Virus record (IMG/VR): IMGVR_UViG_3300045999_010033
Coordinates: 62,001-126,000 of that record
Length of the DNA stretch: 64,000 nt
Reading direction: 5' to 3' (one strand)
Shown here: positions 48,073-58,531 of the stretch, in pieces
How the letters are laid out: the number at the start of each line of letters is the position of its first letter
Position numbering within the stretch: position 1 is the stretch's first letter
The notes under the pieces: generated by a model
What the model was told of the DNA's origin: nothing
What the model saw: only the letters and a program-made list of their open reading frames with translations
Database searches by the model: none
Position numbers and translations under genes: made by a program

Positions 48073-48273
48073 TTATTTTTGAAAATCAGTAGGCCAAGAT
48101 AGAATATGAGTCCAAGTTTTGTTTGTAACTATTTTTTTAATGTTAGCAGGCGAAACCCTATGATTTCTAGCCAATACTTTTACATTTCTATGTCCAACTC
48201 TCCATAAAGCACGTATATTCTCTACCTCTTTTTCGGTAAGTTTGTGCATGGGATGTAATTCTCCTCTTAACAT
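48073..48273 (-). CDS. small HTH DNA-binding protein
   Basis: GELHPMHKLTE..V..IR ... LARNHRVS..NI..I....TW, like HNH-associated HTH domains; start moved to ATG 48273. Confidence 0.7.
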   Translation of the reverse strand: MLRGELHPMHKLTEKEVENIRALWRVGHRNVKVLARNHRVSPANIKKIVTNKTWTHILSWPTDFQK

Positions 48274-48276
48274 AAC

Positions 48277-48308
48277 CAAATATACAAATAATTTTTGAGA
48301 ATTACAAA
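48277..48308 (-). promoter_or_regulatory. Bacteroidota sigma-type promoter (consensus), probably leaderless transcript
   Basis: TTTG-N20-TATATTTG-GTT-ATG. Confidence 0.75.
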
Positions 48309-48575
48309 TTAACTTATCGCTTCGGTTATTGCGTTGGCGTATGCTAATTTACTTTGTACACCTGTAAATCTTTGCAATTCTACACCATCTTTAACAATAA
48401 TCACAGTAGGTACGGATGTTACTCCGTACTTTGTGGTTTCTGTTGGATTTGCATCTACATCAATATCTTCGAATTTAACTCCACTAAATTGTGGTTTTAC
48501 TTGCTCATTGAACATTGGCGCCAACATTCGGCACGGGCCACACCATGTTGCACTGAACTTCTTAACTGTTATCAT
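48309..48575 (-). CDS. trxA: thioredoxin
   Basis: FSATWCGPC, SVPT. Confidence 0.93.
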   Translation of the reverse strand: MITVKKFSATWCGPCRMLAPMFNEQVKPQFSGVKFEDIDVDANPTETTKYGVTSVPTVIIVKDGVELQRFTGVQSKLAYANAITEAIS

Positions 48576-48576
48576 A

Positions 48577-49459
<883 letters not shown>

Positions 49460-51322
49460 TTACATAGTTGTAACAACACACGCGCCACCTGCACATGCTG
49501 CTTCCCCATTTAAATCCGTATTATCATCTAATTCAATAATCTGACGTAAATCAATAGAGCTCAATGTTTGCAATAATCTTTCATATTCTTCTTTAGTACA
49601 ATCTTCAAAAGGAGCTTGAATATAGCTACCACCATCATATGGTAAAACTGATAAACCATTGTACGCATCTTTGTTTTCCCACATCCATTCTCCAACTGCT
49701 TTCCATTCATGCTCTCTGATTGATACCGTTGCAGATACATTGTGCGTGTTATTACCAGTTCGATGTCCTGGTTTAATCCATTCATTATGGACGCGTTTTA
49801 CTCTTTCCAATAGTTGAATTGGAGATTCGGTTCTAAATATTGCGGTTTCAGGTGCCTTTTGTGGAATTGAAATTACTGCAGTATCGTGTGGGCGGAAATA
49901 TTCATCTTCAATTAATTCGGGATGGTTCAATAGTAGGTATTGATAAATTGCTTCATTTTTACCCACTCTCACTCTACGAATATAATAATCATTGTGCCAA
50001 GCATGAATACCTGATGATGTTCCTAATGTCAATGATGTAGTTCCTGCAGGTTTAACTGTCGTGGTTCTTGCCGAGTGATTTATTCCTAACAAATCTGCTA
50101 TTCTAGCATTTTCATCTTTTACAACCTTTGCGGCCTCTTTCATATTAAATTTTAAAACAGCTCCGCTGCCAATTCCTGTCATAGATACACCAATAAGCGC
50201 ATCTTTTTCTGTCGTTCTTTGCCAAATTGGACGAAGGTAGTGGAAATCAGTGTAGCCGGCTTGTAGTGTTCCAATAAACGCGGCAGCCTTAACTCGTTCA
50301 TTTAACTCTTCTTGCGTTTGAACATCCGATACATTTACTTCACAAAGGTTACAAAATTGGAAAGGTCTAAGAGCGATTTCACAACAAGGGTTTGTCCCCC
50401 AATCCTTATCGTTACTTAAATAAATACCCGGCTCACCTGCTCCACTTGCTTCAATACGTTTCCACAAATCCATAAAGTATTCCTTTGTGATTTTGTGTCT
50501 CATTAAAACTGCTGAATTGTTTGCACGTCCACGTTGTGAATTTTGTTCCCACCATGCACCACTTTTACAACTAATCATTTCATCATCAGTCGCAGAAAAC
50601 AACGAAATCAATGCGGCTCTACGAATGCCACCTGCCAATACTGCATCTGCAATATGACAAACTATATCATGCACTTCTATGGGTCTGAGTTTATCTCCAT
50701 CATTTTTGGCATCGAGAATGCCTTCTAATTTAATTAAGCATTCTTTTAGTGGTTGAGGGCCGGGGGCTTTACCACCTGAAGTAATTAATCTTGCACCTTT
50801 TGGACGAATATCTCTAAAATCAAATAGAGGTTTACTACCACCGAAAAAGTATGCTTTAACTAATATAGATACTGCATCTGCCCATCCTTCAATGGAATCA
50901 CCGATAAGAAATCTTCTAGTCTTATCCGGATTTGGTTTTCTGATTTCTGGAAGTTGATCTACATGGTGTTTTTGAACTGAGTAACCTACTCCGGTCCCAC
51001 CTAATAGTAAGAACATGATTTCTGAAAATACTCGGTAATCATCAACCGGTGCATACGCACAATTATAAATGCGATTAGGACTTATTTCAATTGGCTTTCC
51101 TGCAAATTGCATAGAACGCATTGATGGTAAAACTTTTTTATCATACACAAATTTATAAGTAGAACGTATTTCAGATTCTAATTGTGGATATTTTTTAATG
51201 TGCATATCCATGTTGCGTGTAACCAATTCTTCCCAAGTTTCTCTGCGGGAAAATTCAGGAATGTATTTGGCGTATTTCATATACACCGTAATATCCGATA
51301 AAATTTGTGTTGAGATATCCAT
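49460..51322 (-). CDS. nrdJ: class II (adenosylcobalamin-dependent) ribonucleotide reductase, monomeric RTPR type
   Basis: YNC, AGGIRRAA, TNPCCEI, FCNL, VKPAGTTS, C-terminal ACAGGAC; no beta subunit nearby. Confidence 0.93.
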   Translation of the reverse strand: MDISTQILSDITVYMKYAKYIPEFSRRETWEELVTRNMDMHIKKYPQLESEIRSTYKFVYDKKVLPSMRSMQFAGKPIEISPNRIYNCAYAPVDDYRVFSEIMFLLLGGTGVGYSVQKHHVDQLPEIRKPNPDKTRRFLIGDSIEGWADAVSILVKAYFFGGSKPLFDFRDIRPKGARLITSGGKAPGPQPLKECLIKLEGILDAKNDGDKLRPIEVHDIVCHIADAVLAGGIRRAALISLFSATDDEMISCKSGAWWEQNSQRGRANNSAVLMRHKITKEYFMDLWKRIEASGAGEPGIYLSNDKDWGTNPCCEIALRPFQFCNLCEVNVSDVQTQEELNERVKAAAFIGTLQAGYTDFHYLRPIWQRTTEKDALIGVSMTGIGSGAVLKFNMKEAAKVVKDENARIADLLGINHSARTTTVKPAGTTSLTLGTSSGIHAWHNDYYIRRVRVGKNEAIYQYLLLNHPELIEDEYFRPHDTAVISIPQKAPETAIFRTESPIQLLERVKRVHNEWIKPGHRTGNNTHNVSATVSIREHEWKAVGEWMWENKDAYNGLSVLPYDGGSYIQAPFEDCTKEEYERLLQTLSSIDLRQIIELDDNTDLNGEAACAGGACVVTTM

Positions 51323-51475
51323 AATCTTTTTTTTTAGAATTGTTAATATAATAATTTTTTTTGAAAAAACCTCATTTTTTGATAAAAAAATAATGAAGTA
51401 TGAACATAGATATTAAATTTGAAGACTAAAAATAATGTTTTTCTAAAAAATTATTTTTTTGTTTTTTGATATTTA

Positions 51476-52534
51476 TTACACTTTCTTATCAAAAACAAAT
51501 ATGGGCTCCAATTTAATTCCATTACCCGAAACCGATGATAACACCAAATACAAAATATCAGTTTTAATAAATCCCACCGCTTCTGCCATGTTGATTGTTT
51601 CTGCTTCAATACCAACATATTTGGGTGTATTTGCAATATTTATCATCATTTTTCCGGTAGGTTTTAATCCTTTATGACAATTTATCATGGTTTGTTTTAA
51701 GAACCCATTCATCCAATCCCTTTGATTTGGAAATTTTTTATATGACTGTGTATCTTCATCCGAATACTTTTCAGTATCAAAATACGGTGGAGATGTGAAG
51801 CATAAATCTAAACTCTCGGTATCGGGTACAAATTCTTCAGATCCAATTTTATGCAGTAATATCTGCTTATTAAAGAGGTTTAATTCATCTCGTAGTGATA
51901 CTAACCCTTCGTATGTTTTAGTTGAAGGATCAGTTCCTATATAGGTTTTACATCTACTTGTAAGAAATCCTGTCAATCTGCCACCCCATCCACAACTCAT
52001 ATCCCAAACAATCTCACCACCATAGGTATTATATATCCATTTAGCCACCGATGGTCTGAAATTACTGACGGACTGGTTTCCTCCATATATCTTAAAATTT
52101 TGCCTCAATCGATTTAAGGTAAATTTTCCATTACCATGTTTCAATTGCCAAGTCCAAGTTTTTTTAATTATTTCTTTTAATTTATCATCATTGTTCCAAT
52201 ATTCAATCGGTTTCATTTTACTTGAACCACATATAACATCAACCCAATGTGGAAAATAAGACCAAGCAAGAGATAGACAGTGCATGGTTTGCTGTAATTG
52301 ATTCCCCTTACAAATAGTAGATTCATCAAACGAAATCAAAGATTTTAGTTGATTCAGTTTTTCATGCTTTGGTACATTGTAGTGTGGAAATCCTCTACGC
52401 CTATGATATCTAAATATCACATCTTCTGCGTAATCCCTATCGGTTATAGAAAATATATCCGATATGATTCGGTGATATTCCAATTCCAATTCATCAACAT
52501 CCACAAATTTTGAAAAAGCAGTGTAGTTTATCAT
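51476..52534 (-). CDS. amino-group DNA methyltransferase-like protein (SPPY)
   Basis: NFRP, WDMSCGWGGR, FTSPPYF..EKYS, INIAN, EPIF. Confidence 0.85.
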   Translation of the reverse strand: MINYTAFSKFVDVDELELEYHRIISDIFSITDRDYAEDVIFRYHRRRGFPHYNVPKHEKLNQLKSLISFDESTICKGNQLQQTMHCLSLAWSYFPHWVDVICGSSKMKPIEYWNNDDKLKEIIKKTWTWQLKHGNGKFTLNRLRQNFKIYGGNQSVSNFRPSVAKWIYNTYGGEIVWDMSCGWGGRLTGFLTSRCKTYIGTDPSTKTYEGLVSLRDELNLFNKQILLHKIGSEEFVPDTESLDLCFTSPPYFDTEKYSDEDTQSYKKFPNQRDWMNGFLKQTMINCHKGLKPTGKMMINIANTPKYVGIEAETINMAEAVGFIKTDILYLVLSSVSGNGIKLEPIFVFDKKV

Positions 52535-53892
52535 TAACCCATGTTTTCTACGTACTTCTTATGCAGTAGTTTTTTCTCTAACGCCTCTCCACTTTTACTT
52601 TCCTTTGTTGCGATGATACCATTTGGCGAGTTTTCGGCGTAAACTTCCATAAGACCGTGATATGTATCAATTTTCGCAGGGAATGTTATTCCATCTGGTC
52701 CAAATCGATTCTTAACAATATGGATACGACCTGTCTGCGATAGTTTATCTTTTGTCTTACGGCTTACACTCATAATGAAATCCGCAGTTTGCACTTTCTT
52801 ATATGAGTCACCTACACTATCCGCTTGAATTACTTCGTGGTCTATTGCCGACCTATTCGTTTGTGTAGCGGTCCAAATGGGACAACCTACCATGCCACTC
52901 AATCCACGAAGCTCCTCGTAAATACCTCCTAATTCGGCGTAGAGTCCATCCTTACTTCTATCTGCGGAATTAAGTAAATCAGCATAATCAATGATAATTA
53001 CATCGGGATTAAAACCGGTTGCTTTAACTTTATCAATATGAGCAGATAATGTTTTAGCGGAAGCAAATCGTGGTGGATAATATTTAATCCTAACCCGTCC
53101 TTTGACGGATTTAATCTTACGTATTATTTCTTCTCGCTTTTGTGAATGTTCAGATGTCTGAATTCCGGTAATAATTGTTGTATATCTTTGTCCTACATAA
53201 TTTTCGGATAATTCCAAGGTGTAATGTAATACATTTAATCCAATTTTAGCAGCTGAGCACGCTATCTTTGATAAAAACCAACTTTTACCGATACCGGATG
53301 GCGCCATTACCACCCCCAACTCGCCTGGTCCTAATCCACCATCCATAAGGTCATCGACAACTTCCCATCCAGTAGGAACTGAATTTCGTTTGACCTCCTC
53401 AATGATGGATTCAAATTCCTCAATGTAATCTATACCCAAATCATTTTCAATTCCAACTTTTGATGCAGCCGTCATTGTATCAATGATTTTTTCATATTGA
53501 CCGGTTTTAAGATAATCCACCGATTTTAAAAGTGCATCTTTTATTTTTTGGTTTTTAGCAAAAGTTATAAACTCTTTTTTAACATAGGGCAGGTCTTCTG
53601 CACCAATGTTTTGATAAATGTTTCGTAGTTGGTCTACAACTGTTTGTTTTAGGATGCGGTCTTCAATTGTATCCACTTTTATTTTGAATACTTCCAATGT
53701 GGGGCACGTTCTAAACTCATTAAAATAATTGAGTACTTCCGTTACAATCCACCGATTTGCATCCGATTCAAAAAAAGATGGGTTAGTTATTTCGGAAATC
53801 TGCTCTAAAAATTTACAATCAGTAACTAGCGAAGTAACCACTTTTGTTTGATACGATGTTCCGTATTTTACTAGCGTATCTACTGCTTCCAT
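52534..53892 (-). CDS. gp41: replicative helicase (DnaB/T4 gp41-like)
   Basis: APSGIGKS, YTLEL, IIDYADLL, TATQTNR, KNRFG. Confidence 0.95.
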   Translation of the reverse strand: MEAVDTLVKYGTSYQTKVVTSLVTDCKFLEQISEITNPSFFESDANRWIVTEVLNYFNEFRTCPTLEVFKIKVDTIEDRILKQTVVDQLRNIYQNIGAEDLPYVKKEFITFAKNQKIKDALLKSVDYLKTGQYEKIIDTMTAASKVGIENDLGIDYIEEFESIIEEVKRNSVPTGWEVVDDLMDGGLGPGELGVVMAPSGIGKSWFLSKIACSAAKIGLNVLHYTLELSENYVGQRYTTIITGIQTSEHSQKREEIIRKIKSVKGRVRIKYYPPRFASAKTLSAHIDKVKATGFNPDVIIIDYADLLNSADRSKDGLYAELGGIYEELRGLSGMVGCPIWTATQTNRSAIDHEVIQADSVGDSYKKVQTADFIMSVSRKTKDKLSQTGRIHIVKNRFGPDGITFPAKIDTYHGLMEVYAENSPNGIIATKESKSGEALEKKLLHKKYVENMG

Positions 53893-54098
53893 TACTTTTT
53901 GTTTTTCTTTCTACTAATCTGTTTTTCAGAGATTGTTTTTGGTTCTTCTACGATTACTTCTTCTTTTACTACCTTTCGTGTAGCAGATTTCCATTCTGCT
54001 TTTGATACATAGCTCCACGTTGAGCCAACCATTTGACGTGCTTGCACATCATCTACTCTAATAATGTTTCCTGTCTGAAAATTTTTAATACACTTCAT
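53892..54098 (-). CDS. hypothetical basic protein
   Basis: ORF track; TAATG-coupled to the helicase. Confidence 0.65.
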   Translation of the reverse strand: MKCIKNFQTGNIIRVDDVQARQMVGSTWSYVSKAEWKSATRKVVKEEVIVEEPKTISEKQISRKKNKK

Positions 54099-54115
54099 TG
54101 TGAACCTCCATGTTT

Positions 54116-55180
54116 TTAATTGTATCTGTTTAAATTACTAAATGTGCTGTTTAACCAATCGGTTACGTTACCGAAAGAATCAAGTATTTTGTATTTCATA
54201 CCGGTTTTCATAAACTCAAATCGGTCAAATCTTGGTGTTTCATCGTTCCATTGATCAACTATTTTAAGTTTTAGTTGTCCACTAAATTCCAATTCGGATA
54301 ATGACATCAATCTACGATTTCTTTCGCAAATATCCAAATTAGAAAGAAAGTTTGTATGTGCGGAAGTTTGTTTGGGCTGATTTTTTACCCAATCCGCCAA
54401 TTGTTCAATCGTAAAATGAATTTCTTCGGTAAGTGGTTTGAAGTTTTTAATGATGGTTTTTATACCTAATCCCTTAACGCCGGATATACTATCCGATGCA
54501 TCTCCATCCATTATTCTAAAATTGATAAAATTATGAGGGTGAATACCAAACTCATCAACTACTTCGGATATAGTGTAAATTTTTTTCTTCGTTGGTGAAT
54601 AAACCTGAATATTCTTTTTAACTAATTGAAGAAAATCTTTATCAGACGACATGATTTGTAGACTCATATCTTCTTTAATAATTTCAGTTGCTATATAACC
54701 AATAACATCATCTGCCTCAATACCATCGTACATCATTACGGTAACAGGTAAGGTTGTCAAGATATCTCCCAAAGCGGCGATTTGTCTACGTAAAGAAATT
54801 TGTTCATCTTCCCGATTCATCATATCAGTATACGCTCGGTTTAGACGTAGTTTATTTTTGGCTCTATCTTCTTTGTATGATGAATAAATTTTCTGTCGGT
54901 TTTTTGCACCACCTTTACCATCAAATACGACTATTACACGTGTTGGATTGAGAGTACGAATAGCATAGCCGATACTCTTTAGAGTACCGACTATACCACC
55001 AATATGGTCACCATCATCGTTTAAGTTAGGAGCAGTAGACCAAGAACGAATAAATGTGTTCAGCCCATCAATAATTAGAACCTTTGAGTTCCTATGATAG
55101 TTTCCTGATTCGGTATGTTCTCTATCTATTTCGTTGAGTATATCTAAATACTTTTTCTTAATCTGACTCATATGCTTCAT
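54116..55180 (-). CDS. rnh: 5'-3' exonuclease / RNase H (FEN family)
   Basis: IIDGLN, VFDG, YK..R, EADD, SSDKDFLQL, GDASD.I.GVKGLG.KT. Confidence 0.93.
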   Translation of the reverse strand: MKHMSQIKKKYLDILNEIDREHTESGNYHRNSKVLIIDGLNTFIRSWSTAPNLNDDGDHIGGIVGTLKSIGYAIRTLNPTRVIVVFDGKGGAKNRQKIYSSYKEDRAKNKLRLNRAYTDMMNREDEQISLRRQIAALGDILTTLPVTVMMYDGIEADDVIGYIATEIIKEDMSLQIMSSDKDFLQLVKKNIQVYSPTKKKIYTISEVVDEFGIHPHNFINFRIMDGDASDSISGVKGLGIKTIIKNFKPLTEEIHFTIEQLADWVKNQPKQTSAHTNFLSNLDICERNRRLMSLSELEFSGQLKLKIVDQWNDETPRFDRFEFMKTGMKYKILDSFGNVTDWLNSTFSNLNRYN

Positions 55181-56276
55181 CCGTTGTTATTTCAACTTCC
55201 TCTGATGCTGAACTTTTGTATTTTAAAATTGTTGCTTCGCAAATTCTGCGATATATTTGGTCTTTCAAATCTGAATTTCCATCTAATAATTCGGAAAAAT
55301 CTTTTGATTGAAACTTCATAACCTCACCACTATCGGTATCAATGTATTCGTACCACGCTCCACCCTGCTTTACTAATTTATTTTCTTTCATAGATTCTAA
55401 CCAACTACCATAGTTATCAATTCCTCTATCAAAATAGATAGTAAAGTCGGCGTGTCTAAGTGGTGGCCCTAATCGGTTTTTTATAACTTGTGCTCTTACT
55501 TTAATACCTACTATCTTTTCAGAACCTTTTGGCCCAGCTTTTACCTGCCCCATTGATTTTAATCTCAATCTAACAGATGAATGGAATGCAAGTGCCTTTC
55601 CACCCGAAGTGGTCCAAGGGTCTGAAAACGCCATTGCGTTCATCTTTTGACGTAATTGATTAGTGAATACTAAACAAATACTTTGTCTGCCAATCATATT
55701 AGTAATCTTTCTCATTGCTTTAGAGATAATGATTGCTTTGTCTGTAGCATATCCATCTTTGTCGTAATCTGCTTCAAGCTCTTTTTTGGTAGATGCCGCG
55801 GCAACTGAATCTACAACGATAGTTACTAATCTATTTTTATCCGATGTTCTAATTTTTTCAATGATTGTTTCACATGCTTCAAATATCGCTTCAACTGTAT
55901 CAACTGATACATAAAGTAATTTTGAAATATCAATACCAATCGCTTCTAAAAATTCCCTATTTACTGCCGTTTCCGTATCAATAAGAACAGCAACTCCACC
56001 TTTCTTTTGGGTCTCTGCTAGCAGATGGGCAGAGAGCAGAGATTTTCCACTCTGCTCTAAGCCAGTTAATTCTGCTATACGGCCGACAGGTAATCCACCA
56101 TACGGACGGTTTGAGATTGCAACATCTAACAGAGCATTTCCCGTAGATAACCAATCTTTAACATTTGTAGGAGCATCACCCCCATCATCTGTCAGAAAGT
56201 ATGCAATTCTACCGTCTTTATTGGATTTGTTGAGTGAATCGGCAAGTACGCTTGCCAAATCTTCTTGTCTAGCCAT
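55158..56276 (-). CDS. uvsX: RecA/UvsX recombinase
   Basis: GGLPVGR, GLEQSGKS, DTE, VDSVAA, FTNQLR, GGKALAFHSSVRL, GGAWY. Confidence 0.95.
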   Translation of the reverse strand: MARQEDLASVLADSLNKSNKDGRIAYFLTDDGGDAPTNVKDWLSTGNALLDVAISNRPYGGLPVGRIAELTGLEQSGKSLLSAHLLAETQKKGGVAVLIDTETAVNREFLEAIGIDISKLLYVSVDTVEAIFEACETIIEKIRTSDKNRLVTIVVDSVAAASTKKELEADYDKDGYATDKAIIISKAMRKITNMIGRQSICLVFTNQLRQKMNAMAFSDPWTTSGGKALAFHSSVRLRLKSMGQVKAGPKGSEKIVGIKVRAQVIKNRLGPPLRHADFTIYFDRGIDNYGSWLESMKENKLVKQGGAWYEYIDTDSGEVMKFQSKDFSELLDGNSDLKDQIYRRICEATILKYKSSASEEVEITTDEAYESD

Positions 56277-56291
56277 AAATGTAACCAATTA

Positions 56292-57122
56292 TTAATTAAA
56301 TAAATCATCAAATGCCGATGCTACTTCATCCTTTACGGATTGTGTCTTTTGTGCGGGCTTTTCCCAAGGGAGGTCACCTGGTCCTTCATCTTCTTCATCT
56401 GAAGTTTTCTGATTTCTTTTAGAAGATGGACTTGCCAATTCACCTACTACATTAGATGCCACTGCAGATTGCTTTTCGGAAGATGGATTCAACCAATTCT
56501 CAAGAACGGATTTAAGTTCCGTATAAGACATTTCCTCATAAAGTTCAGTAATATCTTTTTGTTCTTGTAGAGCCTTTTTTACAATATCGACATCTTCTGA
56601 AATTTTTGATTGCTTTGGTTTAATACGAATAGTAGTGGTTGGGTAAGTTTTACCTACTTCTTGCGAAACTTCAAGCACAATATCACGACCATTCAATGGG
56701 TCAGTAATATCACCATAATCGGGGTCAGCGATGTATGCCAAAATGTCCTGATAAACAGTCTTACCAAATCCCCAAAACTTTACTCCTTCGTGCTCTTTAC
56801 CACGAACGATAACCGGCGCAAATGTACGAAGCTTTGGCTCCATATTCTTACCTGCTTTCCAATCATCCTTGTCGCCAGTACGTTTAAGTTTATCTGCAAA
56901 CTCAACGATTGGGTCAGGTCTACCGAAAGATACTGGACTCAGATAACTCTTGTTGTTAATGTTGTAGTGGAAAAAGAGTTCAATAAAAGGATTGTCTTTG
57001 TTGAACTTGTAAGGAACGATACGAATGATTGATTGTCCTTTTTCGGGTTTCCAAATGAAATCTGATTTTTTTGTGTTGTTTTGAAGCGATTGAAAACGCT
57101 TGAGGGCCAATGAAATGTCCAT
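56292..57122 (-). CDS. gp32: single-stranded DNA-binding protein (T4 gp32-like)
   Basis: WKP..G...IRIVP, DITDP..GRD, acidic tail ending FDDLFN. Confidence 0.88.
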   Translation of the reverse strand: MDISLALKRFQSLQNNTKKSDFIWKPEKGQSIIRIVPYKFNKDNPFIELFFHYNINNKSYLSPVSFGRPDPIVEFADKLKRTGDKDDWKAGKNMEPKLRTFAPVIVRGKEHEGVKFWGFGKTVYQDILAYIADPDYGDITDPLNGRDIVLEVSQEVGKTYPTTTIRIKPKQSKISEDVDIVKKALQEQKDITELYEEMSYTELKSVLENWLNPSSEKQSAVASNVVGELASPSSKRNQKTSDEEDEGPGDLPWEKPAQKTQSVKDEVASAFDDLFN

Positions 57123-57180
57123 TTTGTTTTAATTTTTAAGGTTTAAAAAAGTGTTTAAAATTTAAGGTTTTATCGCGATA
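57123..57180 (-). promoter_or_regulatory. G-free TTAAA-repeat leader, candidate gp32 autoregulatory operator
   Basis: Five TTAAA units in ~50 G-free nt before the ATG, preceded by palindrome TATCGCGATA. Confidence 0.5.
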
Positions 57181-57220
57181 TCCTATATATCTAAATATAA
57201 CCTTTTTTCGTTTTGTATAT

Positions 57221-57252
57221 CAAATATAGGAAAAATTTCCGAATATTCCAAA
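57221..57252 (-). promoter_or_regulatory. Bacteroidota sigma-type promoter (consensus)
   Basis: TTTG-N20-TATATTTG. Confidence 0.75.
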
Positions 57253-57253
57253 T

Positions 57254-57481
57254 CTATTTTTGGAGATTTTCTATCTTTCTGTTGAGATAGAATTGGGCCT
57301 TTTTAAGGTCTTCCAATTCTTTTTGGGGGTCTTTTTTTCCTGCTCTTGCAACGTATTTTACCACATTAAAGAGGTATGCATCTTTATCTAATTCCCATGC
57401 CTCACATACTTTTATTACTTCGTAAGGATTATCTTTTCCTCCATAATGTTGAGGACCATTAACCATTTCTTTTAATTCCAT
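57254..57481 (-). CDS. DUF3310 family protein
   Basis: VNGPQHY, NVVKYVARAGKK, EDLKKAQFYL. Confidence 0.85.
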   Translation of the reverse strand: MELKEMVNGPQHYGGKDNPYEVIKVCEAWELDKDAYLFNVVKYVARAGKKDPQKELEDLKKAQFYLNRKIENLQK

Positions 57482-57783
57482 AACTTATTTAGTATATTTT
57501 TCCAAAATAACCACCATTTGTTTTTTTCAACTTTTACGTTTTTTGAAAACATATTATCTTTAATAGAAACCGTATCTAAATATTTTGCTGTAAAAAAGTT
57601 CAAAAAAACTTCGTGATATTCTTCGGGAATTTGTTCAAAATCTGCTTCAATTTTTACATCGAGATTAAAACTCTCTTTTTCAGTTTTTAATATCAATAAA
57701 TTTCTTGTAAAAACCAATTTTTTAGTTTTTACATAAGTTGTAGACCCTGCCCCGAACGATATTTCAGTTTTTTCATCTTTCAT
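57472..57783 (-). CDS. hypothetical protein
   Basis: ORF track; C-terminal KWWLFWK amphipathic motif. Confidence 0.6.
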   Translation of the reverse strand: MKDEKTEISFGAGSTTYVKTKKLVFTRNLLILKTEKESFNLDVKIEADFEQIPEEYHEVFLNFFTAKYLDTVSIKDNMFSKNVKVEKNKWWLFWKNILNKLWN

Positions 57784-58100
57784 GTTGTAGATATTTCTAC
57801 TTGTTCACCTACGAGTTCTTTTTTTAGTTTAACTCCAAGCGCACAAGTTTCATACTCTTCAAATTCTATTAAATTTTCAATATTTTGATCTAAAACATCT
57901 ACGTATTCTTTATGATTTACAGATAAAGATACACACACAATTCCATTAATAAAAACTTTAGCAAAAAGAACTTGCTTTTTTTTATTTTTTACACCATAAT
58001 CTACTGCTTCAATTATTTTTTTGGATATTTCCTTTTTATATTCATCAAAAACGTTTTGTGGATTTGATGTTTCTAATTCTATTGGTTTAAATCTTTTCAT
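57780..58100 (-). CDS. hypothetical protein with UVR-like EEYExC motif
   Basis: LIEFEEYETCA; start moved to ATG 58100. Confidence 0.65.
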   Translation of the reverse strand: MKRFKPIELETSNPQNVFDEYKKEISKKIIEAVDYGVKNKKKQVLFAKVFINGIVCVSLSVNHKEYVDVLDQNIENLIEFEEYETCALGVKLKKELVGEQVEISTT

Positions 58101-58104
58101 AACA

Positions 58105-58135
58105 CAATTATACAAAAAATATTTTACAATTCAAA
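58105..58135 (-). promoter_or_regulatory. Bacteroidota sigma-type promoter, probably leaderless transcript
   Basis: TTTG-N19-TATAATTG-TGTT-ATG. Confidence 0.6.
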
Positions 58136-58531
58136 ATTATCAATCCTAATATTTTTAAATACCTTTGTTGGTATCTTTTTGTATCCACTTTGTGATGTTG
58201 TAAGTATACAGTTTTTAAACTCATCCCAATCTATTATGAATGTGGTATCCAATTGCCCTCCAGTTTTGGATTTAACTACCTCGTTGAGTGCATTTATAGT
58301 GTATATAGTATTAGATTGCTTCTTTCTATGCACCAATATAGTTTTCCATTCTGAATCAATTGCACCTGATCCACGTTCTACATTAAATGTAATAAATAAA
58401 TCTGAAGGTTTTATACGACTTTCTAATATAAAAATATTTGGGTTTGTTAGTTTATAGTTTCCTATAATGAAATTATAAGAACTTTCTAATACCTCCTTTG
58501 TCGTAAATAGGCAAAGTAATTGTGTGTTCAT
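58124..58531 (-). CDS. phage hypothetical protein
   Basis: 135-aa ORF; LLCLFT, VHRKKQSNTIYTINALN. Confidence 0.7.
   Translation of the reverse strand: MNTQLLCLFTTKEVLESSYNFIIGNYKLTNPNIFILESRIKPSDLFITFNVERGSGAIDSEWKTILVHRKKQSNTIYTINALNEVVKSKTGGQLDTTFIIDWDEFKNCILTTSQSGYKKIPTKVFKNIRIDNFEL

Noticed and set aside
51323-51475. Cobalamin riboswitch upstream of nrdJ
   Set aside because: Too AT-rich and no recognisable B12-box or stems
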